A DNA stretch of 64,000 nt, taken from the NCBI GenBank assembly GCA_024346625.1, contig AP024665.1:1364001-1428000 (forward strand), given 5' to 3'. Positions 51,473 through 62,600 of the stretch are shown one piece after another; position 1 is the first letter of the stretch, and each line of letters begins with the position of its first letter. The stretch comes from Williopsis jadinii. Taxonomy: Eukaryota. A program made the translations under genes and the position numbers. Under the pieces are notes generated by a model. It made no database searches. It was not told where the DNA came from and saw nothing but the letters and a program-made list of their open reading frames with translations.

Positions 51473-53776
51473 ATGCCGTCTGCTATTCTGGTTCCTCTAG
51501 CTGTTGCTATTTACTATGCTGCTGGTGGTCGTCTTTCCATAGCGTTGGCTATTGGTGTTATTGGCTATATTGTGATATATGAGAGTAAGAAGTTGAAGGG
51601 TACAACTGGTCAGAAGACAGTTACAGACTCTGAAAATGATAACGGCCAAGAGCATACGCATACACATAAGCACAAGCACAAGGAAGGAGGGTGCGGTAAG
51701 CTGTGTACGTGTAAGAATAAAAGGTTGAAGCCTAAGAAGACGTTGTCCGCCTTGAAGAACAAGAAGGGATTTGGACAAAAGAAGGCGACGAATGGGTCAG
51801 AGAAGGATATGGCTGTTGACTTCACGTCGACGTTTGCGAGGCCAACAAAAGTGAGTTCAGCAGATAGAGAGGAGCCGGCTAAGAAGAAGAGAGTTCCCAA
51901 GATCATCAAGTCCAAAGGTGCCACTAGAGGTATCCCAAAGACAACATGGACAAAGGCCCCAACTTCTCTGTTGGATTCCAATATCATTATCTTTTACTCG
52001 TCGTTGACAGGCGCTTCACAAAGATCGTCACAGTACCTGTACGATAACTTATGTGCGATTGGAGACTTGAAGAACAAACCACAATTGTTGAACTTGGATG
52101 AAGTTGCAGATTTAGACGACTATTTCATCAAAACCCCAGATTTGGAAAATTTGGTTTACTGCTTGGTCTTGCCTTCATATGACGTTGATTCTCCGATAGA
52201 TTACTTCCTGGAGACTTTAGAGGATACATATCAGGATTTCAGAATCGATAAGTATCCGTTGAAGAAGCTGATGGGGTTCACAGTTCTTGGATTAGGTGAT
52301 TCTGAATCTTGGCCCGAAAAATTCTGCTACCAAGCTAAGAAGACAGACTATTGGCTAGGTAAACTAGGGGGTAGAAGAATCTTCCCAGTTGGTGAGATTT
52401 GTATGAAAACCGGGGGTGACTTGAAAGTTCATGAATGGATATCACTATTCACCGATGCTTTGAAGGATGATGAACCAATTCTGTACGAATACATTGACTC
52501 TGATAATGAAGAAGACAGCGATAATTCAGAAGCAAGTGAAAAGAGTCAGGACACTTTGGTTGACGTCGAAGATATGGGTAAAATGATGAGTTCTTCTAAA
52601 GAACCTGAAACCACTTCTGAAACTAAGCAGATGGTTGCAAAGAACTCTCCTACATATAAAAGTTTGACCAAGCAGGGATACACAGTTGTTGGTTCACATT
52701 CTGGTGTCAAGATTTGTAGATGGACCAAATCAGCTCTTAGGGGAAGAGGTTCGTGTTACAAATTTGCATTTTATGGTATCAGATCTCATTTGTGTATGGA
52801 AACAACGCCATCACTTTCATGTTCAAACAAGTGTGTATTTTGTTGGAGACATGGAACAAACCCAGTCGGAACTAATTGGAGATGGCAAGTTGACGAACCT
52901 GACGTCATCTTGGAAGGTGCTCTCGCTGGCCATTATGCAAAGATTAAGCAGATGAGAGGTGTTCCTGGTGTCGTGGCTGAAAGATTTGCAGAAGCATTCA
53001 GGGTTCGTCATTGTGCTCTATCATTGGTTGGTGAACCAATCTTTTACCCTCATATCAACGAATTCTTATCGATGTTACATGAAAAGGAGATCTCCAGTTT
53101 CTTGGTGTGCAATGCCCAGCATCCTGATCAGCTTGAAAAGCTCACTCAAGTCACTCAACTTTACGTTTCTATTGATGCTTCTACAAAATCAGAGCTAAAG
53201 AAAGTGGATAGACCATTATTCAGGGACTACTGGGAAAGGCTGATGAGATGTCTTGATATTCTTCGTACAACTCAGTCGCATCAGAGAACCGTATTTAGGT
53301 TGACCTTGGTTAAGGGATTCAACATGGGTGATGTTTCTGGGTATGCGGATTTTGTTGAAAAAGCAGCTCCAGCACTTATAGAGATTAAAGGTGCTACATT
53401 CTGTGGTTCATCAGCAGGGAACGGTAATCCATTGACTATGCAAAACATACCATTCTACGAGGAATGTCAGAAATTCGTTGTAAGCTTGAACGAGGAACTC
53501 AACAGAAGAGGGTTGGGCTATGGTATCGCTGCAGAACATGCACATTCTTGTTGCATCTTAATGGCATCTAATCAATTCAAGATCGACGGTGAATGGCACA
53601 CCCATATTGATTACCCTAGGTACTTTGAACTGCTTAGAAGTGGTAAACCTTTTGATAAACTGGATTATATATCCAAGACGCCTGATTGGGCCCTTTGGGG
53701 GAGTGAAAGTGCAGGGTTTAATCCTGAAGATACTAGAGTTAGAAAGAAGGGTAAGTATAAGAAGCTAACAACCTAA
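51473..53776 (+). CDS. TYW1: tRNA 4-demethylwyosine synthase (flavodoxin + radical SAM)
   Basis: N-terminal membrane anchor, flavodoxin-like domain, GSHSGVKICRWTK, CYK, CSNKCVFCWRH (CxxxCxxC), HCALSLVGEP, EHAHSCC. ATG at 51473. Confidence 0.96.
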   Translation: MPSAILVPLAVAIYYAAGGRLSIALAIGVIGYIVIYESKKLKGTTGQKTVTDSENDNGQEHTHTHKHKHKEGGCGKLCTCKNKRLKPKKTLSALKNKKGFGQKKATNGSEKDMAVDFTSTFARPTKVSSADREEPAKKKRVPKIIKSKGATRGIPKTTWTKAPTSLLDSNIIIFYSSLTGASQRSSQYLYDNLCAIGDLKNKPQLLNLDEVADLDDYFIKTPDLENLVYCLVLPSYDVDSPIDYFLETLEDTYQDFRIDKYPLKKLMGFTVLGLGDSESWPEKFCYQAKKTDYWLGKLGGRRIFPVGEICMKTGGDLKVHEWISLFTDALKDDEPILYEYIDSDNEEDSDNSEASEKSQDTLVDVEDMGKMMSSSKEPETTSETKQMVAKNSPTYKSLTKQGYTVVGSHSGVKICRWTKSALRGRGSCYKFAFYGIRSHLCMETTPSLSCSNKCVFCWRHGTNPVGTNWRWQVDEPDVILEGALAGHYAKIKQMRGVPGVVAERFAEAFRVRHCALSLVGEPIFYPHINEFLSMLHEKEISSFLVCNAQHPDQLEKLTQVTQLYVSIDASTKSELKKVDRPLFRDYWERLMRCLDILRTTQSHQRTVFRLTLVKGFNMGDVSGYADFVEKAAPALIEIKGATFCGSSAGNGNPLTMQNIPFYEECQKFVVSLNEELNRRGLGYGIAAEHAHSCCILMASNQFKIDGEWHTHIDYPRYFELLRSGKPFDKLDYISKTPDWALWGSESAGFNPEDTRVRKKGKYKKLTT

Positions 53777-53819
53777 TTTATAACATTTTAATGCATATAT
53801 AAAAACTTTTCTTGGTAAA

Positions 53820-56800
53820 CTAATCCAAATATCTGTCTAATGGTTCCCCAAGGACGTCTTCAATGACCTTGACAAGACCTGAACGTGTTTCTAATTCAAC
53901 ATCTTCGTCATCGTCTTCAAGAAGTTCAGCGATGATAGGAACAATCTGTGGAAGAAGTGGTAACCACTGGTCACCAACCTTTTGATAGACACTTTTGAGA
54001 GCCTTAGTAGCCCAATATCTTTCTCTAGGTTTACAATCACCCTTCATATGTGATAAGAACAGGGTGTTCAGTGCTCTATTATGCTCATCAGATGAAGCGT
54101 TTCGAGCCAGGGCAGTGATTGCTTTCACCAAATACTTTCCAATACCATCTTCAATGGTCACTAGTTGATCCATCAAAGCTTCAGAGACAATATCAAATCT
54201 AGCCTGTGCTTGCCAGTATTCATCCTGATCGTACTTTATCGATGAAGTCAAGGAATGCAAAACAATACGACGCAAGTTGATATCCACAATATTCTTCTGT
54301 GCCAATCTCTTGAGAAGTGATACCGTTTGTTCCAAAAAGTAACTGTAGTAGGACGTCACGATAGATTTCAGGTTTTCTTGCAACTTATTGAAGAACTTGA
54401 AGAAAGAAGTCAATCTTTCTGTTTCAGTGATCTTGGAATAAGTAACACCTTCACCATCAAAGGCCCAACGGACTAAAATAGCAAAAAGTGGTCTGAAGGT
54501 CTTATCGTTCAACTTCATCACATATTTATTAGCAATGGAGTGGAAGGAAGCCTCAATTCTATGAATTGCATTATTGTCAAAGCTACTCTGACATCTGAAT
54601 TCAAACAATTGAACAAGAAGCTTGAAGAATCTTGGTGCCTGTGTAGTTGCAGTTTTCTTGTCGATTGTGTCAACTGTTGAGTCAAGTGCGTTGAGGTACA
54701 GGCCAACAGAAGAAGCATCCAGCTTGCTGGAAGATGGCCACAAGTTCACAAGAGCTTTCAACACTGCCATATGGTCCATGTTTTCAACAATCAGTTGAAT
54801 AATAGAAGATCTGATGTTATCAGACACATCGGCAGCGGTGAATACAGCATTGAGGATATCTTGTAAGCTTGTTGTAACAAATGCAGGAATACGCTTAACA
54901 AAACTAGACAGCAAAAGAAGAACAGAAAGCTGAAGAGTTCCTCTTGATTCATCATCCTCCATCGATTTAGATTCCTCGAAAATCTTCAGGGATGGTGGTA
55001 TGATCTTTGGATAGTAAGAAATGGTCTTGACACCTAGAACAGTAACGATGTTGGAGATCAAAGTCATAGAGGAAACAACAGTTTCACCATTTTCACTAGT
55101 CAGACCAGACGAATCTGTAGCTATGTTCAGCATCTTGAGCAGAGTAGCATTCTCGACATGTGCTCCAAACTTTGCAACCAATGTTGCCAATGTATCCAAC
55201 GACGACTGGGCAAGAGAAACGGAGGAGCTGGAGCTGTTCTCAATGAGAACACCCAACAGCAGCTCAACAGCTTCTTGGGCTTCCTCACTTTCAGCGGACT
55301 CCAGATCGAACTTCTCAGAGACCAAAGATGTCAGACTCTTACGTGTAGATATTTTGACACGATCACCTGAAAGCAACTTTGAAACTGAAGAAACAAACTC
55401 TTTGATAGGTAAGAGTGACAAAACATCATTCAACAGTGAGAGCAAAGGTGATGATAGATATGTCTCAGAGGATACGATTAAAGCCAATAGGGATTGAATC
55501 AACGTACCGAATGAGTCCAGAATAGCCTTCTTCTCATGCTGTGCTTCAGAGTCCAACAACGAATAGGAAATCTTTAACTGGAGTGGCGAAACTGAAGAAG
55601 AATCAACGCCCATAATTGTGGTGTCGACAAAGTTGATCAGGTTAACCTTGAGTTCTTCCAGTTCATCAACAGGAAGGGTCAAAATTGTTGAGTTGAAGAT
55701 TGGACTGGAGATCAAAGTGTCAGCATTGTCGGCTTCTCTAGCAGCAATGTCAGATGGAATACTCTTCCAAATAGAGATAAATGAACGCAAGGCAGACAGT
55801 TGTTCAAAAGCCGTGAAATGTTTCAAGAAGGAGACACCAAATTCCGCCAGTGATCTCGACTCTGCAGAGCGACTCTTAGAAACGGCTGCTGAGTATTGAA
55901 CACCGATCAGATATAAGATAATGTGAATAGATAGCTCAGGACCCAATGTGGAAGCCAATGTGGTAAAGAGTCTGACTCTTCTATGTCTTGGTATGTGAGT
56001 GAATGCGGATGCAAAACTCGTCAGCAAGAACTCAACCTCTTCTGCTTTACTATCCTTGTTAGAGTTGACTAACGCTGGAATCACATGAATCACGGTCTGC
56101 TCCACGATGTGAACAGAGAATTCATCATCCTGTCTAATTGTATGAGCGCCCATGAATGTGAAAATTGGCATAACAGAGTGCAAAACAGTCTCAGGAGCGA
56201 GTGATGCAAGCTCTGAAACAACAAGGAGCAGTTTGTTCTGAACTTGAGGAGATGGGGAAGCTCTGATAGTGGCAACGATGATATCTGTTCTGATAGAATT
56301 GGAGACGAGTTTCACATTGTTCTGTTTGAAAAATCTAATGATCTTAACCATTGTAGTGGCCAATACCTCCTCGGTATACAAGACTGGAAGACCAGCATCA
56401 CCACCAAGTGTCTCTAAATCAGCAAGTAAGTTGAATAGAGAAGACAAGAGGGCAGCAGATGGTGTCAATGTATCGATTCTGGTGTACAATGTTTCAAGAA
56501 TAACGGTAACTTTCTGCAAATGATTTTCAGCAACCTTGGCTAGATCACCAGTGGACAAGGCAGCTCTAGCAGAAGCAGATGATCTTCTTCTTCTCTTAGC
56601 AACACCTGGTTCGTTATTTGGCTGGTTGATCTGAGAATCTTTCAAAAGGTCCACAACAAGCTGAGATGTCAGTGGGATAGATTGTAACGTTGCAGTAGCA
56701 TCATAAGAAATGTCTCCCTCTGAAGAGAAAGCATCAACAATTGCGCTGGCCAATTGAAATTGGAAATCGTGCTTCAAAGATCCGAAGATAGCTATAAGCT

Positions 56801-59066
56801 TAGACACAGCAAGACCTGCAAGGGCCTCAGATGTTGAGTTCAAGCAGTTGATTAAAAATTGGACAGCAAAAGCATTCTTTTCTTTAACGGAGACCAAATT
56901 GACAACTTCAGCATCAAAGTCTTCAATACTGGCCTTATTGATTTCAAATATCTTCTCCCATGAGCTTCTTTCAGCAACATACGTCTCCAGCAACTTTTGG
57001 AAAACCTTGGATAGAACGGCACCTTTGACCGATGGCACAGTGCCTCTGATGATCTTGATGAGAACAATTTTGGTTACTGGCAAGGTGATCAAGCTTGCCT
57101 GATTACCGAGAAATGCCAGATATAGTGGACCATTCTTCTTAGAATTAACAAGGAGTTTAGATACTTCTAGATTCTCAGCAAAAGCCTCTTGCAGGATGAG
57201 GGAGAGGAAGTTATCAGCATCTTTCGGAGAAATGAGCTGCATCTCATTAGACTGAGAGCCATATATGTTATCCTCCAAGAAGAACTTACTTTTGGATTGT
57301 CTGGAAGTAATCACCTTCAAAGCTTCCAACGTCAGGGATCTAACAGATCGACGTTGATCAGCAAGTCCAGTTAACAAAACTGGAACAAGGGTGAACAGGT
57401 TCAAAGACTTATCAAAATCCTTGAGCACTGAAATCAAAGTCTTGAAAACAGAGATACGTGCAAATGTTGGAACAGAAGGGGACACAGCAGCACGAACAAG
57501 ATATGTCAACGAGGAACTTGGATCAGGGAAAACTTTCTCCGTGAATTCTTTCAAAAGCTTGTTCTGAACAGCCTTGATGAGATCGATACTTAAGACACTG
57601 AATTCCTCATCTATGCCAGGAGCAAGGAAAGATTTGGTGGTGATTGATCTCTGGGAGAATGATTTTAGGATATCCTCAACTGGTTCTGTAGTTATGACTT
57701 TGATAGCATCAAGGTCTGTAACCTCTTCAATATCTTGAGAAGTCTGCAACTGAAGTGAGGTTTGAAGCTTAATCTCGAGAATATCAGTAGTAATGTTGAA
57801 CTCCTCAAGCACCTGCAATAATAGTTCTCTGTTGGTCTTGATATAGAACTCGAACAAAGTGATAATGGTGGATTTGTCCTTCTCTAGCTTGTCAATGACA
57901 CTGAGAGAATCTCTGATGATGTAACTCATCTCATAGGATGGTAATTCGATCTTATTCAAGATATCCAAAACCAGATCTGAACGCTCTTCAAAATCATAGG
58001 CCAAGATTGTCTTGACAAGAACGGTAGCGAGCTTATGAGATTGAACATTAGATGAGGCAAGAATATGGTCAAAACGACCGAGATCTGCAGTAACTAATTT
58101 GATCAACAATCTGTATATTCTGACGGGCAAGTTTTCAAATTTGGAGCCGTTCAATGACTGGAAGAGTTTTGCAATAGCAATTAATCCAGAGTGCTCAGCC
58201 TTCTTTTGAATCTTTGACAGAATGGTCTCTGTCGCAGCGTAGATGATTTGCTGGGAGAGTGGAACTGCGGTTGCAAGAACAACAAGAACAGTGTGTGCTG
58301 CAATATGAGCATCACTGTTGGAGCTTGCAAGGAACTTGGCACTCACTTCCAAGATCAAGGGGGTCAAGACTCCAATCTTCTTCTCATCTTTGGACAGAGT
58401 AGCGAGTACATTAACTGCAACGCAGGTAAAGAACAGTAACTGACCAGAATAAGTAATGTTCTTCGAGGTTGAGTCCTCCAAGTACTTCACATACAAGTTG
58501 AACAGATCAACATCAGTGAATAGCTTTACCATGGAGGTATTTGTCGGGGATTTTTCGTTGTTTTTGAAACCACCAAGCCCGGCAAATAATGGTGGAAGCC
58601 TGGTGATGTCCAAGACTCTCTTGAAGACAGGTGATTGATAGTAATTAAGCGTGCTCAGCAACAAGGCTTCCGCATTGTGGATATGGATGTGGAAACGACG
58701 AACAAGCCATTCTGTAGCTTGGAGGGCAGGAACCAAGTTCCATCTTGGTGAGATGAGGGACAAGTAGGCATTGACAGCATTGTCCAGGTCCTTGTTTTGC
58801 TCGGCCGTCTGTACGTTTCTATCGACATTCACAGACGTCTCAGAAAACAGAGAGTTCTTGAAGTAGGCAAATCTTCTGTCAACGCTGATGAGCTCCTCAA
58901 GCGCTTCAAAAGCGTTGGAATAGATGATCTCATAATCCTGGGTAGCTGCAACCTTTGGTGTGTAGATGAGAGATGCCGAGTGGAGTTTTTGTCTCCTCTT
59001 ACGGTCAAAAGCAACAGTGGTTGCTCCAGAGGCGATGTTACTCAATTGAGAAGCTAAGGAAGACAT
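53820..59066 (-). CDS. UTP10: U3 snoRNA-associated HEAT-repeat protein Utp10
   Basis: MSSLASQL...[39 protein letters not shown]28CT region [11 protein letters not shown], terminal [10 protein letters not shown]; 1748 aa. Confidence 0.96.
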   Translation of the reverse strand: MSSLASQLSNIASGATTVAFDRKRRQKLHSASLIYTPKVAATQDYEIIYSNAFEALEELISVDRRFAYFKNSLFSETSVNVDRNVQTAEQNKDLDNAVNAYLSLISPRWNLVPALQATEWLVRRFHIHIHNAEALLLSTLNYYQSPVFKRVLDITRLPPLFAGLGGFKNNEKSPTNTSMVKLFTDVDLFNLYVKYLEDSTSKNITYSGQLLFFTCVAVNVLATLSKDEKKIGVLTPLILEVSAKFLASSNSDAHIAAHTVLVVLATAVPLSQQIIYAATETILSKIQKKAEHSGLIAIAKLFQSLNGSKFENLPVRIYRLLIKLVTADLGRFDHILASSNVQSHKLATVLVKTILAYDFEERSDLVLDILNKIELPSYEMSYIIRDSLSVIDKLEKDKSTIITLFEFYIKTNRELLLQVLEEFNITTDILEIKLQTSLQLQTSQDIEEVTDLDAIKVITTEPVEDILKSFSQRSITTKSFLAPGIDEEFSVLSIDLIKAVQNKLLKEFTEKVFPDPSSSLTYLVRAAVSPSVPTFARISVFKTLISVLKDFDKSLNLFTLVPVLLTGLADQRRSVRSLTLEALKVITSRQSKSKFFLEDNIYGSQSNEMQLISPKDADNFLSLILQEAFAENLEVSKLLVNSKKNGPLYLAFLGNQASLITLPVTKIVLIKIIRGTVPSVKGAVLSKVFQKLLETYVAERSSWEKIFEINKASIEDFDAEVVNLVSVKEKNAFAVQFLINCLNSTSEALAGLAVSKLIAIFGSLKHDFQFQLASAIVDAFSSEGDISYDATATLQSIPLTSQLVVDLLKDSQINQPNNEPGVAKRRRRSSASARAALSTGDLAKVAENHLQKVTVILETLYTRIDTLTPSAALLSSLFNLLADLETLGGDAGLPVLYTEEVLATTMVKIIRFFKQNNVKLVSNSIRTDIIVATIRASPSPQVQNKLLLVVSELASLAPETVLHSVMPIFTFMGAHTIRQDDEFSVHIVEQTVIHVIPALVNSNKDSKAEEVEFLLTSFASAFTHIPRHRRVRLFTTLASTLGPELSIHIILYLIGVQYSAAVSKSRSAESRSLAEFGVSFLKHFTAFEQLSALRSFISIWKSIPSDIAAREADNADTLISSPIFNSTILTLPVDELEELKVNLINFVDTTIMGVDSSSVSPLQLKISYSLLDSEAQHEKKAILDSFGTLIQSLLALIVSSETYLSSPLLSLLNDVLSLLPIKEFVSSVSKLLSGDRVKISTRKSLTSLVSEKFDLESAESEEAQEAVELLLGVLIENSSSSSVSLAQSSLDTLATLVAKFGAHVENATLLKMLNIATDSSGLTSENGETVVSSMTLISNIVTVLGVKTISYYPKIIPPSLKIFEESKSMEDDESRGTLQLSVLLLLSSFVKRIPAFVTTSLQDILNAVFTAADVSDNIRSSIIQLIVENMDHMAVLKALVNLWPSSSKLDASSVGLYLNALDSTVDTIDKKTATTQAPRFFKLLVQLFEFRCQSSFDNNAIHRIEASFHSIANKYVMKLNDKTFRPLFAILVRWAFDGEGVTYSKITETERLTSFFKFFNKLQENLKSIVTSYYSYFLEQTVSLLKRLAQKNIVDINLRRIVLHSLTSSIKYDQDEYWQAQARFDIVSEALMDQLVTIEDGIGKYLVKAITALARNASSDEHNRALNTLFLSHMKGDCKPRERYWATKALKSVYQKVGDQWLPLLPQIVPIIAELLEDDDEDVELETRSGLVKVIEDVLGEPLDRYLD

Positions 59067-59167
59067 GGCAGCTCTTAGATCTCGAGAACAGTAGACTATG
59101 GATTGTTTACTTGGGTTCTTGCTCGTGATGTACAGAATTTTTTTCTTCTTGTAGGTGAAAAAAAAAA

Positions 59168-59195
59168 GAGATGAGATGCCTGAAGAAATTTTTCA
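59168..59195 (-). promoter_or_regulatory. PAC and RRPE elements upstream of UTP10
   Basis: GAGATGAG at 59168-59175 and minus-strand TGAAAAATTT at 59195-59186. Confidence 0.6.
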
Positions 59196-59274
59196 ACTGC
59201 ATGCTTATGTAATGATTATATAATCTGCGAGAGGGCCGACCTCACAATGTGCATCTGTCACAGAAACATCAAAT

Positions 59275-59356
59275 GGATCTTTGGCCGAGCGGTTTAAGGC
59301 GCTCGACTCAAGATCGAGTATCGTAAGATGCATGAGTTCGAATCTCATAGGATCCA
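59275..59356 (+). tRNA. tRNA-Leu(CAA), intronless, identical to the copy at 36025-36106
   Basis: Same 82-nt sequence with T-run terminator. Confidence 0.95.
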
Positions 59357-59648
59357 TTATTTTTTTTTAAATGTTGTTGATTGAGCTATTTTGAAGATGA
59401 CGACAAAGCTAGGCCCCTCGTAATGGCTTCAGCCTGCCCACTAGTCAGTACCAACACGACAGCCAGTAATATACCGGTGTATCAAGTCTGCTTCATTGAT
59501 TCGCAATCATACGACGCTCATCATTGTTAAATACGCCATATCACTTTCTACAGTGCTTATGAGAACGCCAGTTTATCTGGTCTATGAACCTACACAGGGT
59601 TAAAATTATGCTATGATGCCAGCATAAATAAAGCTCATTAGATTAGAA

Positions 59649-62600
59649 TCAGTCATAAATTTCAATAGGTGGTAGTCTATCCATATTGTAGAACCAGTTA
59701 CCACCTTCGATTTCTTTCCATAGCCAGTCAGTTGGGAAAAGAACCAAGTGACCTTGAACTTCACTTAGTATTCTATCAGCGGTCTCACGATCAAACACAC
59801 GATCAGCACCAAGTGGAGATCTCTTACGAAATGCGTACTCGCCACTTTTGCCTCTCTTTGGAATATCAGAGCTACCAGAAGAATCGACACCTGAGTCAGT
59901 ATGCGGTGGTGGAGCGTTGCCCAATATACCTTCAACCGAGCTCACTTCCTCAATATCTTCAAGACGGACAGAGTCACGTCTTGGACTCGATATATTATCA
60001 TCAACTGTCGAGGTTTCAGAGTTGCTGTCCGATACCTTTGAAGTGAGACGTCTATCAGCTTGTTGCTTTTGAGCCAGGCTAAACGCAGTGTTTAACTTTG
60101 TGAAAGTTTGGTAATCCTTCCATGTAGCAACTGTATCATCAGGTTGACAGTGAAATACCTCTCTGAATAAAATGGTGTTCCTATGAGCATTGTTGAACCA
60201 AACATCTTCGTAAAAGGCATCTTCTAAAGGATCTCCAAAGCAGTATGGGTCAATGAATTTTTGAAATTTTGGTTCTCCAATGAGATCGTTGACAGATTGA
60301 ACAAGGCGTTGTGCATTTGCAGAGCTCAAGTTAATCACTGGAATGTTCTCACCTGGAAGATCTTGAATTTCGTTCAAATCGGAATCCTCAGCGGACTGGT
60401 TATTAGTGCGACTCATTAAATCAGCTGCGGATACAGCATCTTGGACAAGGGTTCCTGTTTTTGTTAGTCCTTCCTGTGGCATCCCAGAATGATCCAATGG
60501 TGGTAGATTTGATTTTGAACGTCTTATATTTTCATCATTAACTTGAAGTTTTTGTTTAGCTGCAACTCTTTGCAGATAAGCAATTCTTTTCAACATATTC
60601 CATCTCTCTTGATTTCTTTCAGCCAAGGCTAATTCTTGATCATTGGTTAGCTGAGAAGGATCTGAGATCAATTCATCGTCGTCTAAGAACTCTAGAACCT
60701 GTTCAACGTGAGGAAGGAATACATCTGTTGCATCGTTGACCAATGACTCCGTTGCCCACTTCTTCAATGTCTTAGCAGCATTCAATTTGTAATTTTTGAA
60801 CGCCTTACTCTTCATCTTGTCCACGCCTTCACCTTCGACATCAAGTTTATGCTCTTCGTTGTTGGTCACTCTGGAGTCTGAAGAAAATGGCTTCTTATCA
60901 CGTATTCCCACATTTTGCTCCCTAGCACGATTGTTGAATGAATGGTAGGATAAATATACAGGGTCATGTGATTTGGAGACCAAGAACTCAGGAATATTCT
61001 TCTTGTCATCCTCCTTGTTGATTTCCTCAAACCTTTTATCCAAAGTTGGTATCTGGGTTGTAGAGTTAGCCCAAAACTTTTTCCATTTATCTGTTCCCGA
61101 CGGCATATTCAAAACATCCCTAGATGCTAACTCAACCATAGAAGATTGTACTTCATGATCTTTATTACTAAAATTGTGAGTCTTCGACTGTTGGCCAGTC
61201 TTGGTTTCTCTTGCCAACTCTTCAATCTTACTGAAACGTCTCTCAACAATATCCAAGATATCAACATCAATACCCAAATGCTCTCTCATCAACCTCATTC
61301 TTAATGTATGGGCAAACTTTCCTGCTTTGTATGGTTTTCCATCCATAGTTGTGTTCACCAACTCAGTATCCCTAACAATAGCTGCAACCTCAGAATCCCT
61401 ATTACCTCTTTGAGATCTTTCATTGATGTTAGCTGAGCCGATAAGAGCAGTTCTATCATCAGAGATGATTATTTTTGCATGTATATACAACTGTTCACTG
61501 ACAACCGTTCTATCAGGGCCAATTCTTCCCCACTTTCTTAAGGAGTAGAATTGTATATAGTCGTAAGGATTGATCTTCATCTTTTTCAACTTGGCAAATA
61601 TTGATGTCGTGCCTCTTGATATTGATTGATATTGGCATTGCATAATGACCCTTACCGAGGATCCTTCAGCTTCATCGACTTGGCTTTCAAATCCAGGCAT
61701 CAAAGGAATGACGATTATTGCTTTCCATTTCTTCTTCTCATTGTGTGCACGAATGATTCTGTCCACAAGAGCATCGCCGATTCTGTTCTCAATAACTGTA
61801 CCATCAAATGCAGATGCCGTTATGAAGAATTGATTCTCAAGGTATACATAGTGTTCTGAGGTCTCTATGATTTTCAAGTATGCATTTTGAATGGATTGCT
61901 CATGCTTTTGTAATCCAAGGGACCAATTACCAGATGATCTCAATAGTTGCACCTCACAAGTTCCTGCTAAATCGTATTTTTCCAATTCCACTGGGGTAAA
62001 GCTGGTTGGAGGTATCAAGAGTGGAGTTGGTCTTGATGGTCTCTTCTGTCTCAATAAGTAGTTCCATCTCTGCACAAAGTGCCTTGCCAAATCCCTTGCT
62101 GGCTCACCAGCAACCATCATATGGACATCATGCCATGGCATACGTGGAACAACTTGGCGGTCATACATGGATTCATACGGTTTGTCCAAGTCGTAGAAAT
62201 CTTTTACTCGAGGATTAGAGTAATCTTTTCCCGGGAAAGTTTGGAATCGAATTCCTTGCTCCGATGCATCTCTCTCGCTACCAAAGTCGTATGGAGAGTC
62301 GTCAACTAAAACATGATCAGGTGTATCGTATCTTCCAAAGCACAAGTCAATTCCACCAACGAAAGCAACAGCATGATCAACAATACACAACTTTTCATGG
62401 TGAGCCCAGAAAAATGTGTTTTGTAACCACTGATTTGGAGAACGGAGGACATGAACATTTGGATGTAAGTCTATCAAGGAGTGTTTGGTCCAAAGAGAAT
62501 CTGTAACAACAGTCGTTCCAACATTTCTGTAAACAATAACAAAAACTTTAACTCCCTCTTCAGCTTTTCTTTTCAATATTCTATCAAGACGCCACTCTTG

